DNA of 64,000 bases from Rotaria socialis (lineage: Eukaryota): the NCBI GenBank assembly GCA_905331295.1, contig CAJNYD010000001.1:62001-126000 (forward strand). Reading direction: 5' to 3'. Positions 12,122-25,200 of this stretch are shown here, in pieces; position 1 is the first letter of the stretch, and every line of letters starts with the position of its first letter. The translations under genes and the position numbers were made by a program. Below the pieces are notes generated by a model. It was not told the origin of the DNA. It did no database searches and saw only the letters and a program-made list of their open reading frames with translations.

Positions 12122-12361
12122 AAAATTTTAAACAACATAACTAATACAAATCTAATTATAAGAAGACAATTTGATATTGTTAAAAGTATACCAATACTTT
12201 TTCAACTGTTTTCTTTTCTTATTTTCTTCTTTCTTCATTTGTTGAATATTTCGAATATTTTTCTATGATCATCATCAACTTAAAAGTATTAATATACTTT
12301 TAACAATATCAAATTGTCTTCTTATAATTAGATTTGTATTAGTTATGTTGTTTAAAATTTT
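12122..12361. repeat. Perfect 69-bp inverted repeat with a ~100-bp spacer
   Basis: 12122-12190 is the exact reverse complement of 12293-12361; pairing extends further with a few mismatches. Confidence 0.92.
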
Positions 12362-12576
12362 AACAATAGATATATGTTATAACGTGTGCTATTTTAATTT
12401 ATTAAAATACTGATTTATTCTTGAGTCTGACTCGTAAAGCCTTCCAGCAATGATCATAGTAAAATAAAGAGAGAGAGAGACAAAAAAAGAAAAAGATAAT
12501 TATTAATTTAAATTACAAATGTTTTCGAGTATCAAAACGATTGTGGATTTTAATCATCAATAGTATTCAGTGATTC

Positions 12577-14458
12577 TTATTTGTTGGCTTTTATATGTTT
12601 AACGGTAACTTTTTTTCCAACACCGTGCTTTTTATGTTTTTTTCTTCCACGTTTTCTGTCCTCTTTTGAGGCATCATCAATATCGTCTATTGATGATGAT
12701 CTTGCTCTTTCAATAACATCTTCTACAACGTCATATTGAGGTTGTTTAGCGATTCGATGTGGCCGTTCTTCCTTTGTATCAACATATTCGATACGATGCG
12801 GTTGTTTGTGTTTAACATCAATTTGCTCTTGATGATTTGTTTCTTCTTCGTCAGTATCAAAATATTCGATATGTTGCTGTGGTTGTTGTTGTCGTTTTCC
12901 ATTAGTTACAGCCTTATGGGTATGCTGTGATTCTTCTTCGTCAGTATCATCATACTGAAGACGATTTGTTTCTGGTTGTGCACCATGAACATATTCAATA
13001 CGATTTTTTCGTTGTACAACAATGTTGTGTTTTTGTGCTTCTCGAACAACATTTGGTTGTTGTTTTCGTGTTGTTTCAATAGCAGATTCGTCGTCATCAG
13101 ATGTTTGAATCATTCGTGGTAGAATGTTTTTTGATGGAATTGCTGATGCCGGAGCGACAATTTGATAAGTAATTTGTGGGGGTTCAAGTGTTTCGTCAAT
13201 TTCATGTGGTACTGCTTGAATGTATCTAGAAGCCATCTTTGGCGGAACAGGCGGACGATACGATACACCACCATATGCATTCTTTAATGGCCATACGCCA
13301 TGATTGAAATCTTTTGGACGTATTTGTGAAATTGTTGTTTCTGTGTTTGTTTGTTTATCATTGACTTGAATAGTTAGTGTATGAAGTAATTTGGGTGTTG
13401 AAACATCTTGAAGTATATTAGATGGCATCGGTGTTGAATCATTACCAGGATTAAATTTATAATTTCTCAAAGTATCCTGCTGTCGTTCATATTGTTTGCC
13501 ATCTGATTTTCTGAATAAATCTATCGGATCATCTTCATCGTCAACATTAATCATAAAGCCATGTTTATAACAGCAGATAAATATAAGCAATGTAGCAATG
13601 ATTGTTATTAACATTATAGAACAAATAACCATACCCAAAAGTTTCCATTGACTATTCGCGTTACTATCTAAAATAAATATCGGGATTTAAATTAATGAAT
13701 CTAAAAAGAAAGCATTTTTTTCTAACCTTGAGAATATAAAACAATCGATGCAATAAGACCAGCTAGTGATCCACAGGCAAGAAATCCCATCGCTCCAAAT
13801 AAAATGGCACCACTACAACGTGTTAACCCTAGACACAATGGTTGAGAAAGCCATTCAACCTTAAAGTAATTTGTTTTTCTTTAAACTTGAAATAGATGAA
13901 AGTACGTATCCTACCCAATCGCTTTTAGTTTCATTTTCTTCATTGGCCATTTTATTTTGACGTGCATCATCCGTAGTTGCGCCATGCCGATTTTTGCCAG
14001 CTTTTTTCAAAGACAAATATAAATATTTATATTCATCGTTGTAGTAAATTCAAGGCAAATTTAATAAACTTACTAGAATGATTAGTTTTTGAATTGTATA
14101 ATGGAAATGACTGATCGGTATATGCGGTATGAACTGAAGGTTGATTTCTAAATTTCTTTTTTTTTGCTTGTGATTGATCAAAGTATGTATTCATATGTTG
14201 TTGTTGGTGCTGATGTTGTGATGCTAACGACAATTGAAGCAGTGGATTTGCTGATCCCAATGATGATGGAGCTACATAGGCTTTAAGAAATCAATCAAAT
14301 CAATCGATTTAATACAGATATAGAACTTAAAATTGTATACAATTATTTGTCATTGTTTGATCCATTGTTTGCATATCATAGGATGATGACTGTACAGTAT
14401 GATTATTTTTGAACGGTCCATTATAGAATACTGTAGGAGGTTTATACTGGGATGCCAT
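12577..14458 (-). CDS. Uncharacterised protein with two transmembrane helices and long low-complexity tails (5 coding exons; start tentative)
   Basis: In-frame splicing gives MASQYKPP... / YVAPSSLG... / GKNRHG...SDW / VEWLSQPLCLGLTRCSGAILFGAMGFLACGSLAGLIASIVLYSQ / ...WKLLGMVICSIMLITIIATLLIFICCYKH plus the 353-aa ORF. Confidence 0.75.
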
Positions 14459-16060
14459 GGAGTATAGTTGTGATTTTTGTGAAGGCCCAACGAAGATTGG
14501 AATCGGTTCTTGTTGTTGTAATTGAGGTTGATCTGCCAAAATTTTATTAGACAGCAAATAATTTCCGTTGGTCTCTCTTTACTGTTGACTCACCTTGTAT
14601 TATAGAACAAAATATTGGTAAAAAAATTAATTTTATTATTGCTTTCTTACCTGATATAGATCAAGTCAATTTAATGGTGCATCGCGACTATTGATGAATA
14701 CCCTAAGCAAATGCTGTCTGATGCTTATTGGAGATTTCTTTTTTTAATTTTCTTTAATGATTTTTGAGTTCTTTTATATACATCAACTACTGATACGTCT
14801 AGTGATTACGTTTGTTGAAAACGTGGATACAATGCTATAAGTAATATCTGAAAAATATAATAATGAAATTTTTCTGTCCGAACAATACTTTTGAAAAAAG
14901 ACTTGTTTTACTTGTTGATTTACGCTGAATCCCGTCTAGTTCTCACCCGCGAGAAAAAAAAGTATTTTGAGTAAATATTTCTTACCATGCCTATTGCAAG
15001 AATAAATGAGCACAAAGATTCCGTACTAAATCTAAATCGCAATATCTATCTTGCAAACATTGTGACATTGTGCACATTGTTACTTTGTTTTATCTGAGAA
15101 AATTGAAAAGTTGATTGCTTTTTTTCTCAAAAAAAAAACAAAATTCAAATATATGAAGGAAGCGCATCAAATGTTTCTTTGGTGCTATTTACAAAATAAA
15201 AATTAATTATTTCTTTTCTTCAATATAACATTTAAAAAAAGCTAATTTGAAATACAATCTACTTAGCCAGACTAGATTTTACTGTTGTAATAATCAAATA
15301 CAACGACGATAAGAAATTTTGAACCTATAAGATCTCGTTGTAGTTTTTGATTTAAATATTTGTTGAGATCTTAAATAGGATCAACGATTGTTAGCAGTTT
15401 TTCTACAAGTATTGTTGTACTTACTGGATTTATTTGTTTTCGCTTTCGAAACTTAACTATATAGTTATTGAACTCTTCATGATTTCCCTGTGTTCAATGA
15501 ATATTATCTACGAATAATAACTATGAGATTGATATGTCGTGATAGATTTCTATTCCATCAGCATAACAATCACCAACCTTTCTTTATATAACAATAAACA
15601 AAAAAAAAATAAGCGAATGAATGAAAGAAATGACGGCAGTGTCTTTCGGATTATGATACTATAAGTTTTCTTTGCAAGAGTAAAACAAAAAATGGTGCAT
15701 GGTTGAGAAACAAATAACACTAATCAATCGAGAAGAATTCTAAAACAAATATGAAAAACATATTCATGTTTTTAATTAGAATTCAATACAAAAAAATTTC
15801 CAAATGTCACCTGGCTACATAAAGTATATGTGTATATGTAAATTTATGCATTAGTTTGCTAGAATACTGGGATAGTTCAATACAATGTTTTGCGTTGTTT
15901 TAATTCATTCGTGGATTAGTCAAAATCACATAACAATAACCTATTTTCATGAGAAACTATGACTCTACGCTTTATTTCATGAACAATGAATCAAAAAAAC
16001 ATTAAACGAAAACAGATAGAAACAAACAAAAGTGTTCTTATTATAAGAATTTTTCTGTTC

Positions 16061-18150
16061 TTATTTTTTGCCAGTTTCAACAACAACAGGCGGATAATTG
16101 CAGACTTCTATTTTAGGATCAAAAATAGTACCAGGAGCACATTTACGAATCCAGAAAACACCAGTTTGATCACATTGAATAAATCGTGATGCATCAGGAT
16201 AATAAGGAAAATAGTATCGACCGTATATACCACATGGATTTGGGACTAAAATTAAGAAAACAGTTGTCTAGTTTTTCGTATTCATAAACAATATGAATAC
16301 AGTCACGAGGAAATAATGATTTAGATCTTATTCATGAAGAAGAAGAATACACTTTTTCAAAATCATATTTTTAAAGAAAAGAAGATCTAGTGTGATGAAA
16401 TTCTAAGAACTATAAACACATCGTGTATATGATTATATTATTAACGCAAGCTTTATTTAAATGATTTTGAATGCATACATGAAAAGGATTGTTTGATTCT
16501 GATAAATAAATATGAAAAGATTGAATCTGTTCTATTGACCGCTCAAAGATATTCATTATTTTTTTTAAATGGCTGGTTTACTAATGAAATGTCACTCGGT
16601 GGAAACTATCAAAAACAACATAAAAAACAAAGAAAATAAGATGAGATTTTGCTTCGTTTCTAAGGTATTTTTATGTATTCAATTTCATATTATTTCTTAT
16701 ATGCTTGTAGACATTCTTCCAACATTGATTTATTGAAAAATTGTTCTTTGAATCCTACGCAGCCCGCTAGTTAACAAGATCATCACTTTTGATAAACTTT
16801 CAGAAGCATCCTTGTCAGTTACTATTGTTGGTAGTGAAAAAGTTAACTATTTTCTCAACTAAATAAGTATGATAGAAATTTTTAATTGGGTTATAAAAAC
16901 AAAGAAATATATTACTTCCAAGGCAACCACTTGCACCGCATCCACATTGCCATTGGCCTGATAGTTGTGAACAGCTTGCACCACGTGGACATAAACCTAC
17001 TGGGCATTCGCTACTAGTACCTAAATCGGATGCCTGATCAGCATTACTAGCAGATGTTGCTGCTGGATCAACTTTAGCACTAGCCACAGACGTCCAAAGG
17101 CTAGGAAAATTGTACCAGTTGACATTCTGATGTTGAAACGGATAGTAGTAGCCTAAGTAAAACATTTCAAGTTTTTTAAATTGAAACTATGTTAAAATTA
17201 CCTTGCGAATCAGAATATTGAGGATTTTGTTGGTGTTGAGATGCAGGCAATTGATGCTGTGGAATAGATTGCTGCATATGTTGTGATGGTTGATATTCTG
17301 GGGTTTGAGGCTGATAAAATGGTTGTTGTGGCTTGTTCTCTGGAAATTGTGGTTGATAAAAAGGCTGTTGGGGTTTATTATCAGGTTGTTGGGGTTGATA
17401 GAATGGCTGTTGTGGTTGTTCTCCTGGAAATTGTGGTTGATAGAACGGTTGTTGTGGTTTATTCTCTGGAAATTGTGGCTGATAAGGAGGTTGTTGTGGT
17501 TTATTCTCTGTAAATTGTGGATGATAAAAAGGTTGTTGTGGTTTATTCTCTGGAATTTGAGGCTGATAAAAAGGTTGTTGTGGTTTATTTTCGGGAAATT
17601 GGGGTTGATAAGGAGGTTGCTGGGGTTTATTCTCTGGAAATTGAGGCTGAAAAAAAGGTTGTTGTGGTTTTTCTGGAAATTGTGGTTGATAAAAAGGCTG
17701 TTGTGGTTTGTTGTCAGAGATTGGAGGTTGGTAGAAGGGCTGCTGTGGCTTGTTATCAGGCATTTGAGGGTGATAGAAGGGCTGATGTGGCTTATTATCA
17801 GGCATTTGAGGTTGGTAGAATGGTTGCTGTGGCTTGTTATCAGGCATTTGAGGCTGATAGAATGTTTGTTGCTCTGAAAGTTGGGGTTGATAAAATTGTT
17901 GTTGTTCGTCCGGAAACTGAGATACGTAGAATTTTTCTTGTGGTTCTCCCAATTGAGGGATATTCGATGCTTGTTGTTTTAGTTGTTGCCGGAGTTGATC
18001 AAATGGTCTTACCTGGTAGCCATCTTTAGCTACAAGAATATCATTTAATGCTTCGATCATTCGATTTGATAATATAGTGTCTGTAAAATTGATAGATGGT
18101 AGTGAATTAACACCCATGCTGACAAAGATCACAACCAGTATGGGTAACAT
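16061..18150 (-). CDS. Secreted Gln/Pro-repeat protein with EGF-like and C-terminal chitin-binding (CBM14/peritrophin-A-like) domains (exons 18150-17202, 17152-16916, 16245-16061)
   Basis: Signal peptide MLPILVVIFVSMGVNS; ~14 repeats of QQPFYQPQFPENKP; C-x4-C-x5-C-x8-C-x-C-x4-C; last exon PNPCGIYGRYYFPYYPDASRFIQCDQTGVFWIRKCAPGTIFDPKIEVCNY. Splice phases are consistent. Confidence 0.8.
17290..17880. repeat. Coding 42-bp tandem repeat (~14 units)
   Basis: Recurring GGTTGATAAAAAGGTTGTTGTGGTTTATTCTCTGGAAATTGT-like units. Confidence 0.9.
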
Positions 18151-18965
18151 TACGAAATCTGTTAGTAGTGCTGTAAGTAACGAAGATAGTTCTATCGAGT
18201 AGTTTCGAAATCAAACGATCATTTGAAGTTTTCATCGAATATTTATATGTGATCAACATTTTTTTTTTGTTGAACTTCGCCTTCTTAATCGAAGGTCTTC
18301 TTTTTCTTTCTCTCTTTATTGTATCATCCTCTTTGACGTATAAAGTCATGACTATGTCTTTTGTATGTATGTCTATGTATGTATGTATGGATTATCATGC
18401 TCCGACAACGAGGAATGTTATGACGTTGATAGATGAATATTAATGCACGTTCAAAACCACCCTAAAGTAAGGATTAACAAAGTAAACGAAATTTTACTAA
18501 GAAAAAAAGCAATGATATCGTAAAAAATAGAGTAGTAATGATAACCTTTGGTAATTATAATGTACATATTTAGTCTTGCTGTATGCAGAAGTCAACGAAA
18601 TTTTTAATGCAAGTAAAACAAGAAGAATCCTTTCAAGGACACAGTATGATCATGAGGAAAAGGTAAGGTAAGTAAGTTCATAATGAATTATGTAAATATA
18701 ATAAGAGTAGAAGAAAATATCAAGGTTACATGGAGCATATTTTGAAGCACAAGAATGTGAAAATGCGATAAGAAGGTTGATACTATGATTATCAATATTC
18801 AATAGTATAGTGGTAAAGTTTTCATTCAATTGTAATATCAACGGAAATTTATTCCAACATAATGAATCAATCTATGTTTAAGTGATTATTTATTATTAAA
18901 AGTTTGAATTAAAAATTTTCAAAAAGAAAATATTCATACAATTCAATATAATATATTTCAATGCT

Positions 18966-19430
18966 TCATCTTTTGTATGAACAATCAATTCTCATGAAAA
19001 TGAAGGATATAAGAAGAAAACATAGAACTGTTACAAATGTCATCGGTTTTATTTTTGATCCGATACATGTTAATCGGTCACCATCGATTGTTTTCATATT
19101 AATGAGACAGTATTCATTATTATCAAATTGACATAAGAGTTTTGCTCTTCCACCATAATAGAGTCCAGAACATATTTTATTATTACTAAGAAGAAAATGA
19201 AGAGAACCATCCCGATAACATTCACCTCTAGTAAGCTGTTTTTGATATTGAATAGATATGGAAGTAAATGGCCAATGATGACGAAATAAATAAGGTCCTT
19301 GTGGTATGTTTAATATTGGCGACGAGCAATTGATTGTTTCTAAATAATGTACACCAGTCAAATCCGTGACACATTTATGAATACTCAGACAAAATATAAG
19401 AAAAACTAGCAACCCTGTATATTTTACCAT
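18966..19430 (-). CDS. Small Cys-containing secreted/membrane-anchored protein of unknown function (154 aa, intronless)
   Basis: N-terminal hydrophobic signal (MVKYTGLLVFLIFCLSIHKC), six Cys in the ectodomain, C-terminal hydrophobic stretch (FVTVLCFLLISFIFM). Confidence 0.7.
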   Translation of the reverse strand: MVKYTGLLVFLIFCLSIHKCVTDLTGVHYLETINCSSPILNIPQGPYLFRHHWPFTSISIQYQKQLTRGECYRDGSLHFLLSNNKICSGLYYGGRAKLLCQFDNNEYCLINMKTIDGDRLTCIGSKIKPMTFVTVLCFLLISFIFMRIDCSYKR

Positions 19431-21018
19431 TGACTTTTGACTACACGTAAGTCACTTCAAAATATCTTATAGAATCTAGATAACTTAGATGTTGACAAAA
19501 TATATGATTTATTTCTATTGAAATAGGAGAGACAAGAAATATAATATTTTTACGTGATTCTTCTCTAACACGGATTTGCATTACAGACGCTATGTACTCT
19601 AATTCAAAAATAAGCGGAATATAAAATAGTAGATATAACCCATGTAGGATGTATTAATCCTTATTCACCACTCATAATTTATATCAATAAGAATAAGTAT
19701 GTTAAGATTACATGGAATCAATAAATTGATGACTAATGCCAAGAAAACCGATACTTTCGTTGGTTTCTATATATTCTCTGATTTCTTAACTTCAATATTT
19801 GAACAAATATTTAATGCTAAGATTAATAATTTCGATTACCATAAAAGAAAAGTTCTTATGCAAGTATAATATATATGCTGTCGAATTAATACAATCCTTA
19901 CCGATTTTAACAGAGTAAAAATATAAAATCAGTTTCAAGAAAATTGTCAACCATTAAAATAATAGCTTAAAGTGTGGCATTATTGAAATCGGTAATTAAC
20001 ATAAAGTGAATGATGTTAAGTTTTTGTAGTTTGAACTCTTGTTTAATAATGATTTCTTCTATGTTGATTATCTTATATGGAAATAGTATCTAAATTTAAT
20101 AATATTTTACTTTACTTCAATTATTTATTACCTATGATCATGTCATTTTATTTTTATCTTAGTCTTCGTAACGATAAAGTAACCTTCCAGGTAAAGGTTT
20201 TCATACAAAAAATATTTGCTCATTTTTTCAACTATGAACTATTAATTGTTTAGAGTTCACTGTATTTATTTATTTGTGATCATAATGTTTTTTATTTAAT
20301 AATATTTCCTTGGAAAATTTATTTGCCTATAAGAGAATTCACTATGAAAACGATGCTAACAATTGACGAAAACGCTGATTACATCAAAACTTTCAAATTT
20401 TAATTCTATTCACATTTTTTGTAGATTGTATTGGAATTCAGTTTATAACTCAAAATGTTATAGACCATCAAATTTTTGACAAAATCAAAGATTAAAATAA
20501 GTTTTCTTCCCTAAAAACAATCAAAAGAACTTCAGGTGTATATTATATTAATGAAAAAATGAATTAGCAAACATATTATGTCAAGACTTTTTTTTCACAC
20601 TCAGTCAGTAGATCCAATATTAAAATAAAATTTTAAAAACAATTTATTTTTGTGATATTGAATTATGTAAATTAAATTTAAATGTCATCAAATTGTTCAT
20701 TATGCGAAATTCCCCGATACATTTTAGTTTTCAAAAGCATAGTTATAATCTATCTGCGTAGTTATCTTAAAGCACAATATTTCATTGGACAAATTGAATT
20801 TTGACTTTCAAGAATTCAACCATCACAAGTGACACACCATCAATGCAAAATTTGTTTTGTAAAATTTTCTACACTCTAGATCGAAAATTCTCCCTCGATG
20901 ATGTAAATCTCAACAATATATTTTTGTTTTCTGTCATGAATTCAATTCTTTGAATTATCCAGTTAAACTTTTATAGTCCAATCAATGTTGTTTTCTAAAA
21001 TATCTTCCTACATCTAAG

Positions 21019-21044
21019 ATATATATATATATATATATATATAT
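21019..21044. repeat. (AT)n microsatellite
   Basis: Direct reading. Confidence 0.9.
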
Positions 21045-22296
21045 AATCTCATGTGTACAAATGTTCTTATGTGTAGTTCAAAGTGACAATGACCTTGATT
21101 ATTGTTTATAATGTCAAAGGATATAAATGAAAGATTAGATAAAACTAACATTTATAGTGTATTTAAAGAAGATTACGCAAATACTTCGGAATTACGCTCT
21201 TTTGAACAAGATTTTGTGAACATCTGGTACGGATTAAAATACGTGTTGTTAATTGAATTCTAGATCTTTATCATCTTATTATTTGAGTAAAATGGCATTT
21301 ATTTCAATTCTTATCGTTGTAAATCGCTTGATTTCTGACAAGTATCTTCGATGATCCTACAATTCTTAATATATAACAAATATCTGACAGTTTTTCTGTC
21401 TGAATATTATATTTGTTTAATTTATTGAATAATAATTGATGTAACTAACGATTACATCATCACATTCACGTGATAATAAATTTGGATAATCAAAATATTG
21501 AAGTAGTAATTAATATTTAAAACAACAATTTATTTTGTTCGACATACAAATCATTATGTTTCGATGCAAAAACAACTCTCATTCACCTTTAGCGAAAGAA
21601 TTCATATCACCTATGTGATTGATTTAATATGCATTATATGCGATCGATTTCTAAATGATATTCAATTTTTTCGATTATTTTATTGTTAAATAATAATTAT
21701 CTTTCTTAGTGAACGATTTGTTTAGATCTTGGAGAGCTTTTCGCTTAAATGGATTTTGAGAGTCTATCTATTCTGATGTTTACATGTATCAATAATTAGC
21801 ATTATAATTACCCGAGAAAAACAGAGGAAAAAAATCTTTTCAACTTTTTATTTTCTATCTATAATTAAAAAAAACAATAGCATGTGTATGTTTTGATTTC
21901 TTTGCTTTCTGCTTTTTACTTAAATAATTTTTTCATGCATGCAGCAACTAGAATAAAAGAAAAGATAGATAAAACAAAAGACAAACAATAAGACAGGTCT
22001 ATCACAAATAAAATATCGGACCGACCGAAAAAAAAAACAAGGAAATAAAATAAATCATCGCGCATAACAAAAGAATAACTCAGAAAGTAAATAGTGATGG
22101 ACTGTTCACACACGCACACACTGAAGGAAATAAATTAAGAACAAATGTTATCGTTGTTTGAATCCTATACCACACATGTACATCAAAAAACAAAACTTAT
22201 CTTTTTCTCAGACAAATAATAAAATTGAATGTGTTCTTTATGGCTTTTTCTAAACGTATATACACATCGGTGTTTGAGGTTTAGTTTTTTGAAAAA

Positions 22297-25200
22297 TTAA
22301 TTTTTCTTTTTACGACGTAACTGAAGACGTTTAGCGATTGATCGCTGCCGTTTTTGTTGATAAGTAAGAGTATTATTATTATTATTTGTACCTGGACCAG
22401 TACTACTATTACTTTGTTTATCGCTACTTGTTTGAGATTGTTGATCTTCAAGTGAATGATCACCACCGCAACGTTTACATTTAGTTTTTGTTGCATGACT
22501 TGGAATTGATGGAGCTTGTTGCTCCATTTGTGTATCATCGTCATTATTTTCATCACTCGAGTCATCATCATCTTCATCGTCACATGAATTTGATCCCGGT
22601 GGACATGGATGACCCTATAAGAATCAAATTGGTTTTTTTTTTATAAATTGATTTCATTCTACAAAAAATAATAAACCTCCTCTTCATCTTCTTCGTCTTC
22701 TTCATCATCATCGTCATTATCATTATCATCATCGTCATCGTCGTCGTCATCATCCTCATCCTCATCTTCATCATCTTCAAGGTCATCTTGTTCAACTTCA
22801 AGCTCTTTTACTGGTGATGTTGTATCATTAATATTGATATGCTTGCTAATATTTCCATTAGTTTTAACATCTTGTGTATTAGTAGAAGAATTCAAAACAT
22901 TCTTATTTGTACTATTCGATGTGTTGGTTGCTTTTGATTTTGAGTTTGATAAACGAAGACATGCATTTGCCTTGAAAAAGAAAAGAAAAGAAAATATAAG
23001 ATAAGATAATCGAATTCCATTATTTAGATTTGTCAATAAAATAGATTCATTGAAAACTAAACTAACTTTAAAACCTAATGCTTTAACAATTTCTTTGATT
23101 GGTGCACGTAACTGATCAAAATTAGGCATATCGTCAATATTCAATTGATAAACAGTTGACATGTAATCACAAATCGCACGTAATGTAACAGGTGATATTA
23201 ACTTCATGAAGAAGCATTTTTTAACAAACTCATTAACATTCGATTTAGCTAATTTTTTTTCATTCGTTATTGTATCACGTTGTAGTTTAAAATGAACATT
23301 TTTATTTTTCTTATCCCATGGTAATCGTCCGCCAGACCAAACAATTAAATTATAACCAAGCATTTCTAAATCACCGCGATAGGTTTGCTTGTCGTTAAGA
23401 TGCATATCAAGGGAAGAATAAACACTAAATGGATGATGATATGAATTTGCGTTTATTAACAGATTATCTTCTTCAATTGTAGGACTTGGAACATCAATAA
23501 CAAGTAGTGGTGATGGAACAACGGATAATGTTTTATTGTGTATAGCAGCTAATTGTGTTCGATGTGAACGTTTTACTTTCTTTTTAACTTGATAATTTTG
23601 TTGTTTAACAAGTTGATTTTCATTGGCTGTAATTGGACGATTTTCATTTGGAACCTCACCTAAGATTAAAGAAGCAAACATGTATGTTAATAATAGTTTC
23701 AATACTCAATTAATACAATTGTATAATATTGAATTTACTTCTGTACACTTGAGTTCGCTAGCCATTGAATATTTTCACAAGGCTATCCTCTAATCTATTA
23801 TGATAAAAAATAGTTTCTATCTATACAGTTTTTAACCAAAAATGTTTATCAGTAGTATTTTTAATGAAGTGAAAGAAGTGTTCATTATTTTAGATAACAA
23901 TTCACGTTCTGAAAAAAAACGAATGAATCAGATTTTTACTAGTAATCTTTTTAAAACAGCATATATCTCAGATGAAGAAAAACGAGCATTCTCTGTAGTG
24001 CTGGGAAAGTTATAGTAAATGATGTTTTCAATGATAAATCTACTCATTTTTTAAGAAAAGTTTTGCTTCGTCTTCTTCTTTTTTTCGTTTACAATTTTTA
24101 TCTAAAGAATTAAAAGAAAATTGAAGATTTCCTTTTTATTTCTCAAGCCAGTTCTTTCAATTACTTTCTTTTCATAGTTTGGAATTTTTTGATTATTTCA
24201 CATGAATATATCAATCATATAAATAGACATTGTTATAGCTTATCTACTTGACATTAATCAAATAGTATGGAAGCAACAAAAATGATTGACATTTTTGAAA
24301 AGCCGTGTGATTCCTGAGCAATAAATACGAAGTGATGAATCGAACATTCAAGATAGAATATATAAATAAGCCATCTATTTTTGAAACAGTAATAAATTCT
24401 AAATAGTTTACACAACAACGTTTTTATCACATACTAATATTCATACCAATGACTATCTTTGAAAAATTAGAAAAATTAAACAATCTAGACCTCTGTGTAA
24501 ATACAATAGTTGCACCTAAGTCACATTGAATCTATCGGTTAAAAGACGATGGTTTCAGTGAAATTTTATGTATTTTAGAAAAAACGGTTTGAGTTATTTT
24601 CTCATGATGAAAACAAAAGACTCAACTTTGACAGTTTTCATTTTCGAAAAATTACGTTCTCTCAAGTAGTTACTTGCAAGCGACAATATTTGGCATACTT
24701 TCTATTCTGAATGTAAATGAAACATAATTTATATGCTGAGTTTCATCGAAGTTAAATGCCAAGGAGCTGTTAATTTCCTAATAAAACTACGCGAATCATG
24801 ATAACGTAAAATAGATTGCACAGAACAGTTTTTTTTTTCTAAATACGTTAACTAAATATTAGAAAAATATTTACTTGATCGACTATCTGTATCATGTATA
24901 CTTTTAACAGTTCGAAATTGTGTTAAAAAAATAAAGTATGGCTGTTTATTAGCGAACATCATATATTTTGGTTTAATTATTTGATGAACATAATTTTTTT
25001 CATGAATAAATTGTATAACATATAGCATTTGTAGAAATAGATTTAATGCATTATGTTCAGGTAATGATTGATCGTAGGAATAAATAAGTGAACGAAGATT
25101 TTCACGGTATTGTTCCATTATTAAAAATTTATATGTTAAATTCAAATGTTTATATGTTCCATGTGATATATATTCAGGAATGGCGATATACATAAGATTA

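Noticed and set aside
17283..18029. Three long plus-strand ORFs (76, 195 and 170 aa)
   Set aside because: Antisense shadows of the 42-bp Gln/Pro coding repeat.
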